Positions 21,557 through 31,392 of a stretch of 64,000 nt of DNA are shown in pieces. A program made the translations under genes and the position numbers. The DNA lies in contig JAVCCC010000048.1 in NCBI GenBank assembly GCA_030765785.1, forward strand, positions 872 through 64,871, in the 5' to 3' direction. Below the pieces are notes generated by a model. The model was given only the letters and a program-made list of their open reading frames with translations, was not told the origin of the DNA and made no database searches. This DNA is from Candidatus Aceula lacicola (GTDB lineage: Bacteria > Omnitrophota > Gorgyraeia > Zapsychrales > Aceulaceae). The stretch's first letter is position 1, and every line of letters starts with the position of its first letter.

Positions 21557-22485
21557 AAATTTTAAATCACTTATCAGAAATAAGAATTAAAAAGCCTGTT
21601 GTTGCAATGGGTGTTTTTGATGGAATCCACCTTGGCCATCAGACGCTGATTAAGAAAGTTGTCCGAAGGGCTAGGATAATCAAAGGGACACCTGTTGTCG
21701 TGACGTTTTTTCCTCATCCTGTGCAGGTGCTTAATAAGAATGTAGATGTTTCTCTTTTGGTTTCTTTAAAGCATCGATTGCAGCTTATTGAGGATTTAGG
21801 AGTGTCTGCTTGTGCGGTTATTCGATTTACAAAAAAGTTTTCTTTGCTGGAGCCAAAAGATTTTATAGAGAAATATTTGATGGGATCATCTCGGCCAGCT
21901 GAAATATTTGTTGGCGATGACTTTCATTTTGGAAAGAACGGATTAGGCAATGGACGAATTTTAAAGCAAATTGCAAATACATTTGGCGTCCGAGTTAAGA
22001 TCGTTCGATCTGTCGAGCTTAATAAAAAAAGGATTAGCAGCTCTCTTTTGAGAAAATTGATTGCGAAAGGGAAGCTGGGAGATGCAGAAAAATTCTTAGG
22101 GCGAAAAGTTTCGACGCTTGGCAAGGTTGTGCACGGTGACCATCGAGGGAAGCGCATCGGAACGCCAACCGCAAACATTAATCCGGGAAGAGAGATTTTG
22201 CCTCCGATGGGAGTTTATGCGGTATGTGTTAGGTTGGGATCTCAACTTTTTAATGCGGTCGCCAACATTGGCCAGAGACCTTCATTTAAAAAGGAAAATA
22301 AAATTAATCTAGAAGTTCATATTCTTGATTTTTGTAGAAATATTTATGGTAAAGAGATTGAAGTTTTGTTTTTAAAGAAAATTCGCAATGAACACAGATT
22401 TAAAACAACAAAGCTTTTGATTGAACAAATTGAGAAAGATAAGAAAAAAGTGCTTCGATATTTTCTTCAAAAGAAATCTTCGTAA
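21553..22485 (+). CDS. ribF: Bifunctional riboflavin kinase / FMN adenylyltransferase.
   Basis: N-terminal FAD synthetase (GVFDGIHLGHQ). C-terminal riboflavin kinase (GRKVSTLGKVVHGDHRGKRIGTPTANI...E). Confidence 0.85.
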   Translation: MKILNHLSEIRIKKPVVAMGVFDGIHLGHQTLIKKVVRRARIIKGTPVVVTFFPHPVQVLNKNVDVSLLVSLKHRLQLIEDLGVSACAVIRFTKKFSLLEPKDFIEKYLMGSSRPAEIFVGDDFHFGKNGLGNGRILKQIANTFGVRVKIVRSVELNKKRISSSLLRKLIAKGKLGDAEKFLGRKVSTLGKVVHGDHRGKRIGTPTANINPGREILPPMGVYAVCVRLGSQLFNAVANIGQRPSFKKENKINLEVHILDFCRNIYGKEIEVLFLKKIRNEHRFKTTKLLIEQIEKDKKKVLRYFLQKKSS

Positions 22486-22628
22486 AATTCACTCCACCTT
22501 TTTAACTTTTATATAAATCGTACATTACTAAACATTTCTTTTTTTTGTCCAAAATAGTACAATATCTAGCATTTAGGTCCATAATTTACACAACCTATTG
22601 TATTGCATGAAAATACGAAAATTATGTA

Positions 22629-22657
22629 TTGACATGCCCATATATATTCTATATACT
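22629..22657 (+). promoter_or_regulatory. Candidate sigma70 promoter of the dcw cluster upstream of mraZ (TTGACA, 17-nt spacer, TATACT).
   Basis: ttgaca at 22629-22634 and tatact at 22652-22657. A tandemly duplicated Shine-Dalgarno block (aagtggagga aagtggagga) sits at 22672-22691 just before the mraZ ATG. Confidence 0.45.
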
Positions 22658-22700
22658 CATAACAGTGGAACAAAGTGGAGGAAAGTGGAGGAAATAAAAA

Positions 22701-23138
22701 ATGTTTTATGGTGAGCATACGCATGGAATAGACCGAAAAGGTCGCCTTATTCTTCCTGCTCGTTTTCGGGATGTTGCTAAAGAAAACGGGATCGACTGTT
22801 TTTTTCTTACGCGCGGTTTAGACAAATGTGTTTTTATGTTTACGGAATACGAGTGGGCTGCTCAAGAACAAAAGTTTAAGAGCATGTCTTTTACAAAACG
22901 TGAGAGCCGTAGTTTTAATCGTATGTTTTTCTCCGGGGCTGCTGATGTTTCTCCAGATAAGCAAGGCCGATTTATCATTCCCGCATATTTAAAAGATTTT
23001 GCTCAAATTAAAAAAGACGTTATTGTTATTGGCGTTTCCAACCGTATTGAAATTTGGGATCAAAAAGTTTGGAAAGATTTTTCTAGCGAATCACAAAATT
23101 CTTTCGAACAAATCGCAGAAAATATATTGGACATTTAA
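22701..23138 (+). CDS. mraZ: Transcriptional regulator MraZ.
   Basis: 145 aa with two DxxxR-type repeats (IDRKGRLILPARFR and PDKQGRFIIPAYLK). Confidence 0.85.
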   Translation: MFYGEHTHGIDRKGRLILPARFRDVAKENGIDCFFLTRGLDKCVFMFTEYEWAAQEQKFKSMSFTKRESRSFNRMFFSGAADVSPDKQGRFIIPAYLKDFAQIKKDVIVIGVSNRIEIWDQKVWKDFSSESQNSFEQIAENILDI

Positions 23139-23140
23139 TT

Positions 23141-24052
23141 ATGGTTACCATGGCAAACGAGATTAAACACGTTCCAGTTATGATTAAAGAAATTCTTGAG
23201 CACTTGAATCTTTCAGAAGGTTCTTGTGTTTTGGACTGCACGCTTGGACTTGGAGGTCACAGTAAAGAAATTGCAAAGAAAATAGGGTCTCATGGTCTTC
23301 TGATTGGAATCGATCGAGATGAAGATTCGATCGTAAGAGCTCAGCAAAATTTAGAAGATTTTTCCGGTCGCTGTGCATTTGCTCAAAAAGATTTTAGAGA
23401 TTTAGACGCCGCGCTTGATAATTTTGGTGTTAGCCAAGTTGATGGTATTCTGTTCGATTTAGGAGTTTCTAGTCTTCAGCTTGATACGCCAGAAAGAGGA
23501 TTTAGTATTCGCGCTAATGGGCCTTTGGATATGCGCATGGATCGAAATAGTTTTATCTCGGCATATGATTTGGTTAATTCATTGTCGAGCAAAGAAATTT
23601 CTTCAATTCTGAAGAATTTTGGGGAAGAACGGTGGCATGAGCGAATCGCAGATCATCTGGTTAAGAGTCGCGTTAAGCATCCAATAGAATCAACAGAAGA
23701 GCTTAAAAATATTATTTTAAACGCAATTCCACATCGTTTTCAGGATCACCATATTCATCCGGCAACACGAACTTTTCAGGCTTTTCGTATTGCTGTTAAT
23801 CGTGAGCTAGAGGCACTTGAGATTGCTCTTAATAAAGCAATTCGATATCTGCGACCAGGGGGAACGATTTGCGTAATATCATTTCATTCGTTAGAAGATC
23901 GTATTGTTAAAGAGAAATTTAAGTATTTTGCTAAAGAGGAAATTTTAGAGATCATTACAAAAAAACCGCTTCGTCCAACGGAAGAAGAAGCAGAGTGCAA
24001 TGTTCGTTCGCGCAGTGCGCGTTTGCGTGTTGCAAGACGAATTAAGAAATAG
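23141..24052 (+). CDS. rsmH: 16S rRNA m4C1402 methyltransferase.
   Basis: HVPVM start, SAM-binding DCTLGLGGHS, FDLGVSS motif. Confidence 0.85.
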   Translation: MVTMANEIKHVPVMIKEILEHLNLSEGSCVLDCTLGLGGHSKEIAKKIGSHGLLIGIDRDEDSIVRAQQNLEDFSGRCAFAQKDFRDLDAALDNFGVSQVDGILFDLGVSSLQLDTPERGFSIRANGPLDMRMDRNSFISAYDLVNSLSSKEISSILKNFGEERWHERIADHLVKSRVKHPIESTEELKNIILNAIPHRFQDHHIHPATRTFQAFRIAVNRELEALEIALNKAIRYLRPGGTICVISFHSLEDRIVKEKFKYFAKEEILEIITKKPLRPTEEEAECNVRSRSARLRVARRIKK

Positions 24053-24063
24053 AAAAGGAAAGA

Positions 24064-24447
24064 ATGAATTTTAAGAAATTTTTAACTGCAATCGTATGCA
24101 TCACAGCTGTTGCGCTAATTTATATTCAAATGCAGGTAAAAATTTATGATCTTGCCTACCAAGGAAAACACAGAGAGAAAGAAATCTTTAAACTTATTGA
24201 TGATAGCGGTCACGTCATTTATAATATTGCTAAGTTAAAGTCATCAAGCTCATTAGGCGAAAGATTTTTGGTAAAGAATTCGGATGTCGATTTTTTAGAC
24301 TCTCGAAAAGTTGTTCATCTAAAAGTATCAACCAAGCTTGCTGCCAATAAGCTTCCGGAATGGGAATCAGTGCTCAAAAGAACAACTGGTCTTTTGGCCA
24401 GCGTCTTTTCTCTGAAGTCTGTAGCGGAAGCAAAATCAATACGATAA
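24064..24447 (+). CDS. ftsL: Small bitopic membrane protein in the FtsL position of the dcw cluster.
   Basis: 127 aa, single N-terminal TM helix, between rsmH and ftsI. Position-based call only. Confidence 0.4.
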   Translation: MNFKKFLTAIVCITAVALIYIQMQVKIYDLAYQGKHREKEIFKLIDDSGHVIYNIAKLKSSSSLGERFLVKNSDVDFLDSRKVVHLKVSTKLAANKLPEWESVLKRTTGLLASVFSLKSVAEAKSIR

Positions 24448-24467
24448 CATTAATATAATAAAAATTC

Positions 24468-26150
24468 GTGTATTTTAAAAGACACTCACTCCGATTTGTT
24501 TTTTTATTCCTTCTTTTTTTCTGCTTATTAATATTTTTTGTCGCGAAGCTTATTTTTATTCAAGTTTTTAAGTCAGACTATCTCTCAGGACTTGCTGATC
24601 GACAGCATAGCCATATTTTACGTTTAGAGCCTAAAAGAGGGACGATTTATGATCGAAAACTTCGGCCGTTAGCTTTAAATGTTACAGCGTATTCTTTGTA
24701 TGCTTCGCCACGTACTATGAGCGAGGAACAAAGAGATAAGGCTATCAAAGCTCTTCAAAAAATGTTAGGGTTGGAGGAAAGTTTTTTGAAAGATCGAATG
24801 AATCGAGATAAGAATTTTATATGGATTGCGCGCAAGTTGTCACCTGAACAGGCGGATAAGGTAAAAGCTTTAAAGATTAAAGGTTTAGATTTCATGAAGG
24901 AGAGTAGGCGCTATTATCCCGGTCAATCATTGGCGGCACATATTATTGGTTTTGCGGGTATTGATAATTATGGACTGGAAGGCCTTGAATTAGAATACAA
25001 TGAATTTCTGCGTGGACAATTTGGAATGGCGCAGATCTTGCGGGATGCCAAGCAGCGAGAACTTTTAATCCAAAAAAGTTTCTTACTTCCAAGAGATGGA
25101 TTTGATTTAGTTTTGACGATTGATGAAACGATTCAGTATTTTGCCGAACAGGCTCTGGATAAGGCTTTTAAAAAGCATCATGCAAAAGGTGCCAGCATTA
25201 TTGTGATGAATCCAAAGACGGGAGAAATTCTAGCGCTTGCGAACCGACCAACATATAATTTGAGCGACATAGGGTCAAGCGCTTTAGACAGTCGTAGAAA
25301 TCGTTCTGTAAGCGATATGTACGAGCCTGGTTCTGTTTTTAAGATTGTAACTGCTTCTGCTGCACTGGAGGAGGATGCATTCGGCGAAGATGATGAAATT
25401 TTTTGTGAAAATGGAGAATATAGAGTAGCAAATCATATTTTGCATGATCATCATGCCCAAGGGACATTAACCTTTAAGGGGGTTATTGAGCAATCAAGCA
25501 ATATTGGAACTGTTAAGGTTGCTCAAAAAATTGGGGGAAAAATTGTTAACCACTATGCGAGGCTATTTCAGTTTGGAAAAGCAACTGGTATTAATTTGCC
25601 AGGTGAAGTTCCAGGTGTTTTAAAGCCTGTCTCACGCTGGTCTGGAACTTCAATTGGGGCCGTTCCTATTGGCCACGAGGTAGGCGTGACGCCGTTGCAA
25701 CTCGTATGTGCTGTTTCCGCTATTGCTAATGGTGGTATTTATATGAAACCGTTTATTGTTCAGTATATTCGAGATCAAAAGGGAGAAGTTATTAATGGGT
25801 TCTTTCCGCAGCCAATTACGGAAGTCATTAGTCAAGAAACCGCAGAACGTGTTAAAAATATTTTGGTTGGCGTTGTAGATAATGGGACTGGTCGAAGAGC
25901 GCAGATTAAGGGTGTGAAAGTTGCTGGTAAAACAGGAACGGCTCAGAAAATTGTTAATGGTGTTTATTCGCATAGTAAATATTATGCAACATTTATTGGA
26001 TTTGCACCAGCAGACGATCCTAAGATTGCAATGGTTGTGTTTTTTGATGAGCCTCACCCTAATCATTATGGTGGAACAGTTTCAGCTCCAGTTTTTAGAG
26101 AAGTTGTAGAAAATGTGTTAAAATATTTAAGGGCAAACGACGTAAAATAA
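24468..26150 (+). CDS. ftsI: Peptidoglycan D,D-transpeptidase FtsI (class B PBP).
   Basis: N-terminal TM and dimerisation domain. Transpeptidase motifs SVFK (SxxK), SSN and KTGT (AGKTGTAQ). Confidence 0.8.
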   Translation: MYFKRHSLRFVFLFLLFFCLLIFFVAKLIFIQVFKSDYLSGLADRQHSHILRLEPKRGTIYDRKLRPLALNVTAYSLYASPRTMSEEQRDKAIKALQKMLGLEESFLKDRMNRDKNFIWIARKLSPEQADKVKALKIKGLDFMKESRRYYPGQSLAAHIIGFAGIDNYGLEGLELEYNEFLRGQFGMAQILRDAKQRELLIQKSFLLPRDGFDLVLTIDETIQYFAEQALDKAFKKHHAKGASIIVMNPKTGEILALANRPTYNLSDIGSSALDSRRNRSVSDMYEPGSVFKIVTASAALEEDAFGEDDEIFCENGEYRVANHILHDHHAQGTLTFKGVIEQSSNIGTVKVAQKIGGKIVNHYARLFQFGKATGINLPGEVPGVLKPVSRWSGTSIGAVPIGHEVGVTPLQLVCAVSAIANGGIYMKPFIVQYIRDQKGEVINGFFPQPITEVISQETAERVKNILVGVVDNGTGRRAQIKGVKVAGKTGTAQKIVNGVYSHSKYYATFIGFAPADDPKIAMVVFFDEPHPNHYGGTVSAPVFREVVENVLKYLRANDVK

Positions 26151-26161
26151 GGGAAGAAAAA

Positions 26162-27616
26162 GTGAAGCTAAAGGATTTGATTAAGGATATTTACCAAAAA
26201 GAGATTGAGGATCGTTTTTTGATTTACGATGTTCAGTCTGTTTCATGCGATTCTCGAACTGTTAAACAGGGAGGGCTTTTTGTTGCGATTAAGGGAGTTC
26301 GACAGGATGGCATCGACTATGTTGATGAGGCTATTGCAAGAGGTGCAATTGTTGTTGCTGTTGACAACAATCAATTTATGGATATTTTGAATAAGAATAT
26401 TTGTGTTCTGAAGGTCGATGATACGAGACGGTTTTTAGCCGATACGGCAAAGCGAATTTATGATTTTCCATCAGAAAAAGTGCAGTGCTTCGGAATCACT
26501 GGCACAAACGGAAAAACAACAATTTCATATTTGATTGAATCAATTTTTAAGACCGCTGGGCAAAGATGCGGTGTTATTGGGACAGTTAATTGTCGGTATG
26601 GTGAGCATGTTGTTCCCATTGAAAACACAACGCCTAACATCGTCGATATTTGTCGCTATTTAATGGATATGAGTAAAAATGGGTTTTCGCATTGCGCGAT
26701 GGAAGTTTCTTCTCATGCGCTTGATCAAGGTAGAGTTTTTGGCGTTGATTTTAAGGTGGGTATCTTTACAAATTTGACACAAGATCATCTTGATTATCAC
26801 CATAGCATGGAAAGCTATTTTTTAGCAAAATCAAAACTTTTTTCTTCTCTTTCAGCTGATTCTTTTGCCATTGTTAATGTAGATGATTTTTGGGGTCAGA
26901 AAATAATTGAGCGAACAGATGCTAAAATCATTTCTTATGGAATTCACAACAAGGCTGATGTGATGGCTTTGAATATTGAGCCAACATTGGTTGGGTCGAG
27001 ATTTGTATTAAAATTAGGCAAAGATGAGGCAGAACTTGAAACTACGCTTATTGGAGAGCATAATATTTATAATATTTTAGCTGCCGCAGCGACTAGCTAT
27101 TATGCGGGTGTTAAATTTGAAGATATTCAAGCAGGAATTGAATATTTTAATCATGTTCCAGGAAGACTTGAGCCTGTTATAAGGGGGCAGGATTTTTTTG
27201 CCTTTGTAGATTATGCACACACAGAGGATGCTTTAAAGAATGTTTTAAAAAGCCTTCGAGTGGTTAGTCAAGGAAAGCTGATTGTTGTTTTTGGTTGTGG
27301 CGGTGATCGCGATAAGACGAAAAGGGTCAAAATGGGAAGCACTGTAAGCGCGTTGGCGGATTTTGCAATTATTACAAACGATAATCCTCGTAGCGAGAAT
27401 CCGGATGATATTGCGCATAAGATTGCATCAGGTTTTGAGCATGATCGATATCAAATTATTTTGGATCGTCGCCAAGCGATTCAAAAAGCATTTTCTATGG
27501 CTGAGAAAAATGATGTCGTTTTGATAGCCGGTAAAGGGCATGAAAATTATCAAATTTTAAAGCATAAAACAATTCGTTTTGATGATCGACAAGTTGCCAG
27601 GGAGTGCTTGTCATGA
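26162..27616 (+). CDS. murE: UDP-N-acetylmuramoyl-L-alanyl-D-glutamate--2,6-diaminopimelate (or lysine) ligase.
   Basis: Mur ligase P-loop GITGTNGKTT and C-terminal DNPR motif (TNDNPRSE). Confidence 0.85.
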   Translation: MKLKDLIKDIYQKEIEDRFLIYDVQSVSCDSRTVKQGGLFVAIKGVRQDGIDYVDEAIARGAIVVAVDNNQFMDILNKNICVLKVDDTRRFLADTAKRIYDFPSEKVQCFGITGTNGKTTISYLIESIFKTAGQRCGVIGTVNCRYGEHVVPIENTTPNIVDICRYLMDMSKNGFSHCAMEVSSHALDQGRVFGVDFKVGIFTNLTQDHLDYHHSMESYFLAKSKLFSSLSADSFAIVNVDDFWGQKIIERTDAKIISYGIHNKADVMALNIEPTLVGSRFVLKLGKDEAELETTLIGEHNIYNILAAAATSYYAGVKFEDIQAGIEYFNHVPGRLEPVIRGQDFFAFVDYAHTEDALKNVLKSLRVVSQGKLIVVFGCGGDRDKTKRVKMGSTVSALADFAIITNDNPRSENPDDIAHKIASGFEHDRYQIILDRRQAIQKAFSMAEKNDVVLIAGKGHENYQILKHKTIRFDDRQVARECLS

Positions 27617-28962
27617 TGAATGTCAAAGAGATTATCGAAGCAACAGGCGGACATTTTTTATATGGAGATCCGAATAAGAAAATTAGCGGTGTCTCTATCG
27701 ATTCTAGGACGATTCGTCCGAGAAATCTTTTTATTGCGCTGAAAGGGAAGAGATATGATGGGCATAGGTTTTTATTATCTGCAGTTCAAAAAAAGGCGAG
27801 TGTTGTCCTAGTTTCCCAGAGACCAAAAAAGCATATTTTAAACGTTTCGATTATTGTCGTTGAAGATACAGCCCGCGCCTTAGAAGATTTGGCTCAATTT
27901 TACCGATCAAGATTTTCTATTCCAATCATTGCAATCACAGGAAGCTCTGGAAAAACAACAACCAAAGAGCTGATTGCGTCTGTTCTGTCAAAGAAATTTA
28001 ATATATTGAAAAGTTTATCGACGGAAAATAATTTTATTGGAGTCTCTAAAACATTGTTAAAACTTAAGCCTAAGCATGATATCGCAATCTTAGAGTTTGG
28101 GACAAATCATTTTGGCGAGATTGAAAATCTTGCCCGCATTGCACATCCTACTATTTCCGTTTTAACAAATATTGGAGAATCGCACCTCGCGTTTTTAAAG
28201 ACACCGGCTGGTGTCTTTAGAGAGAAGAAGGCAATTTATAAGAATTTAAATAAGAATGGAATTGTTGTTTTTAATAATGATGATTTTTTTCTAAAGAAAA
28301 TTAGTTTAGAACGCAGCAAGGCAAGAAAAGTTTCTTTTTCAATTCAAAGACGATCGAGCTGTCAGGCGAAGAGCGTGAAGCGAACAGAAAAAGGAATAGA
28401 GTTTTCTATAGGATCGAAAAAAATCTTTATCAAGGCATTTTCCTCTTCTTATGTTTACAATGCTTTGTGCGCAATTGTTGTTGGTCGATTATTTAAGATT
28501 CCATCAAAAGAAATAAAAGAATGTATTGCGCGTAATCGTTTACCAAAGCAACGGCAACATTGTTATCGAACGAAAAAGAAATTTTGGATAATCGATGATA
28601 CGTATAATGCAAATCCGTTGTCTGTGAAGTCTGCCATTGAATCGCTTGCCTGCTTTTCTGCGAAAGGAAAGCGTGTTTTTGTTTTTGGTGACATGAATGA
28701 GCTTGGCCTAAAAGCAAAAGCGGCTCATGAATCGGTTGGGCGACAAGTCGCCAAAAGCAACATTGATTGCTTTGTCACTGTTGGAAAGAGGGCAAAACTT
28801 GCGAGCAATTCCATAAAGAATAAAAAGATTATAAAAGCAAACTTTTTATCCTGTAGTCCTGCCAGTAAATTTCTAAAAACACTGATTGCTCCTGATGATG
28901 TTGTTTTAATTAAAGGGTCTCGTAGTGTGCGTATGGAAGAAATTGTCCGGAAAATCGGATGA
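27604..28962 (+). CDS. murF: UDP-MurNAc-tripeptide--D-alanyl-D-alanine ligase.
   Basis: Mur ligase P-loop ITGSSGKTTTKE; position between murE and mraY. Confidence 0.8.
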   Translation: MLVMMNVKEIIEATGGHFLYGDPNKKISGVSIDSRTIRPRNLFIALKGKRYDGHRFLLSAVQKKASVVLVSQRPKKHILNVSIIVVEDTARALEDLAQFYRSRFSIPIIAITGSSGKTTTKELIASVLSKKFNILKSLSTENNFIGVSKTLLKLKPKHDIAILEFGTNHFGEIENLARIAHPTISVLTNIGESHLAFLKTPAGVFREKKAIYKNLNKNGIVVFNNDDFFLKKISLERSKARKVSFSIQRRSSCQAKSVKRTEKGIEFSIGSKKIFIKAFSSSYVYNALCAIVVGRLFKIPSKEIKECIARNRLPKQRQHCYRTKKKFWIIDDTYNANPLSVKSAIESLACFSAKGKRVFVFGDMNELGLKAKAAHESVGRQVAKSNIDCFVTVGKRAKLASNSIKNKKIIKANFLSCSPASKFLKTLIAPDDVVLIKGSRSVRMEEIVRKIG

Positions 28963-29039
28963 TTAAATCCTAAGTAAATTCTTTTATTTTCTTTCCGTTA
29001 CTATATAATAGGATTAATATTCTTACTAAAGGAGTTGCT

Positions 29040-30125
29040 ATGCTTTATTTCTTGTCTACCTTCCGCGATGCTTTTTCTGGGCTTAACATTTTTCGCTATA
29101 TCACTTTCCGCGCTGGTGCAGCTGCATTTACTTCGTTTTTGCTGTGCATTATTATTGGACCGCTTGTTATACGAAAACTTAAAAACGATAAAATTAGAGA
29201 GGATGCGGGCCGTGAACATTGTGATAAGCTTTCTGAGATTCAGAAGCATAAGCAAGGTACTCCGACCATGGGAGGCATTTTTATTATTGGCAGCATCTTA
29301 ATTTCTGTTTTACTTTGGTCTGATTTAAGCAGCCCGTATGTGCTTATAACAATTTTAACGTGTATTTGGTTGGCTATTCTCGGATTTGTGGATGATCATT
29401 TAAAGGTTGTACAGGGCAATCAGAAAGGTCTTCATGCGCGAACAAAATTAATCTGGCAATCGCTTTTAGGATGTCTCGTTGGTTATTTTATTTTCTGGCA
29501 TCCTGAAATTTCGACTAAGCTCGACATTCCTTTTTTCAAACTGTCTGTTTTGAATTTGGGTATTTTCTATATTCCATTTGCAATTTTAATTATTGTTGGA
29601 AGTTCAAATGCTGTCAATTTAACTGATGGGCTTGATGGCCTTGCGATTGGTTGCGTTTTGATTGTTGCTATGGGATTGGGTTCTCTTTCGTATATATCGG
29701 GACATTTTAAGTTTGCAGAATATTTATTTTTACCATATATCCAAGGGGGTGGAGAGCTTTCAGTTTTTTGCGCTGCTATTTTAGGGGCAAGCTTAGGATT
29801 TTTGTGGTTTAATTGTTATCCGGCGTCTATTTTTATGGGCGATACGGGATCTTTGGCTCTTGGCGGAACCTTGGGGATAATTGCTATTTTAATTAAGAAA
29901 GAATTACTTCTTGTTATCTTAGGCGGCATTTTTGTCATGGAAGCATTATCAGTTATTCTGCAAGTCGGATCCGTTAAGCTGAGAAAGAAAAGGATGTTTA
30001 AAATAGCTCCGTTTCATCATCATTTGCAATTTTTGGGATGGAGTGAATCAAAAATTATTATACGATTTTGGATTATTGCAGTTATCTTAGCACTTTTAAC
30101 ATTAACGACGCTTAAGATTAGGTAG
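29040..30125 (+). CDS. mraY: Phospho-N-acetylmuramoyl-pentapeptide transferase.
   Basis: Polytopic; MraY motifs (KQGTPTMGG, NAVNLTDGLDGLA, MGDTGSLALGG). Confidence 0.9.
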   Translation: MLYFLSTFRDAFSGLNIFRYITFRAGAAAFTSFLLCIIIGPLVIRKLKNDKIREDAGREHCDKLSEIQKHKQGTPTMGGIFIIGSILISVLLWSDLSSPYVLITILTCIWLAILGFVDDHLKVVQGNQKGLHARTKLIWQSLLGCLVGYFIFWHPEISTKLDIPFFKLSVLNLGIFYIPFAILIIVGSSNAVNLTDGLDGLAIGCVLIVAMGLGSLSYISGHFKFAEYLFLPYIQGGGELSVFCAAILGASLGFLWFNCYPASIFMGDTGSLALGGTLGIIAILIKKELLLVILGGIFVMEALSVILQVGSVKLRKKRMFKIAPFHHHLQFLGWSESKIIIRFWIIAVILALLTLTTLKIR

Positions 30126-30129
30126 TCTT

Positions 30130-31392
30130 GTGGACGTAAGAAATAAAAAAGTAACAATTATTGGGTTTGGCCGTAGTGGGTCTGCAATTGCAGATTTGGT
30201 TCTGCAATTAGGGGGAGTCGTTCAGATTTCAGACTCGGCCCCAAAAGAAAAAGTTCAAGAAATGATTGCGCAGACAAATCTTGAAAGCAATATTTGTCTG
30301 GAATCAGATCATCATACCGAAGAATTTATTAAAAATAGTGATTTTGTTGTTCTTAGCCCTGGAGTTCGATTTGATTCTCAGGTTGTTGCGTGGGCAATGG
30401 AGGCAAAGATTCCTTGTTTTAGCGAGATTGAGTTTGCCTGGATGTTTTGTAAGAATTCAATTGTCGCCGTGACAGGGAGTAACGGAAAAACAACTGTTTC
30501 TACTTTGATTAGCCAAATTCTTGAGAGTGCTGGCAAAAAAACATGCCTATGCGGCAACATTGGTTCTCCATTTACAAAGCATGTTCTTAACCTCACTAGT
30601 GATCAAGTTGTCGTTCTTGAAGTAAGCTCATTTCAGCTTGAGTCAATTGAAAGGTTTCGTGCGCATGTCGCTATTTTTCTGAATTGTACACAAAATCATC
30701 TGGATCGTCATAAAGATATGGATGATTATTTTTTAGCAAAATCAAAGATTTTTTTGAATCAGGATGAAAAAGATTATGCTATTGTTAATTTTAATGATGA
30801 TCGAACAAAAGGCATCGCTTCAAAGATTAAGGCAAAAATTGTCTATTTTAATGATCCTCAACAATTGAAGAAATTTCCAGACGAAAATCTAAATTTTCTT
30901 GCGGCTCGATGTGTCTGTCATGTTTTTGGCGTTTCGGATGAAATCATAGATGGTGTGTTAAAAAAGTTCAAGGGTGTAGAGCATCGCCTAGAATGGGTTC
31001 GATCTATTGATGATATCGATTTTATTAATGATTCAAAGGCAACAACAGCTGAAGCTGGACGCTGGGCTCTGGAAAGAGCGGAAAAGCCGGTTGTTATGAT
31101 TTGTGGTGGTCGGGACAAGAATATTGATTTTACAGTTTTGCGGGATCTTATAAAGGCAAAAGTAAAAGAGATGGTGGTTATTGGTGAGTCGAGGGATAAG
31201 ATTAGAGATGCTTTTTCTGATGTTGTGGATGTTGAGCTAGAAGATTCTCTAGAGGGTGCTGTCTTAAAAGCAAAGGAATTCTCGCAACAAGGTGATTGTG
31301 TTTTATTTTCACCGATGTGCACAAGTTTTGATATGTTTTTAAATTTTGAAGAACGGGGAAAAGTTTTTAAGGAAATTGTTGAGAGTTTATAA
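30130..31392 (+). CDS. murD: UDP-N-acetylmuramoylalanine--D-glutamate ligase.
   Basis: N-terminal Rossmann (VTIIGFGRSG), Mur P-loop VTGSNGKTT. Confidence 0.85.
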   Translation: MDVRNKKVTIIGFGRSGSAIADLVLQLGGVVQISDSAPKEKVQEMIAQTNLESNICLESDHHTEEFIKNSDFVVLSPGVRFDSQVVAWAMEAKIPCFSEIEFAWMFCKNSIVAVTGSNGKTTVSTLISQILESAGKKTCLCGNIGSPFTKHVLNLTSDQVVVLEVSSFQLESIERFRAHVAIFLNCTQNHLDRHKDMDDYFLAKSKIFLNQDEKDYAIVNFNDDRTKGIASKIKAKIVYFNDPQQLKKFPDENLNFLAARCVCHVFGVSDEIIDGVLKKFKGVEHRLEWVRSIDDIDFINDSKATTAEAGRWALERAEKPVVMICGGRDKNIDFTVLRDLIKAKVKEMVVIGESRDKIRDAFSDVVDVELEDSLEGAVLKAKEFSQQGDCVLFSPMCTSFDMFLNFEERGKVFKEIVESL

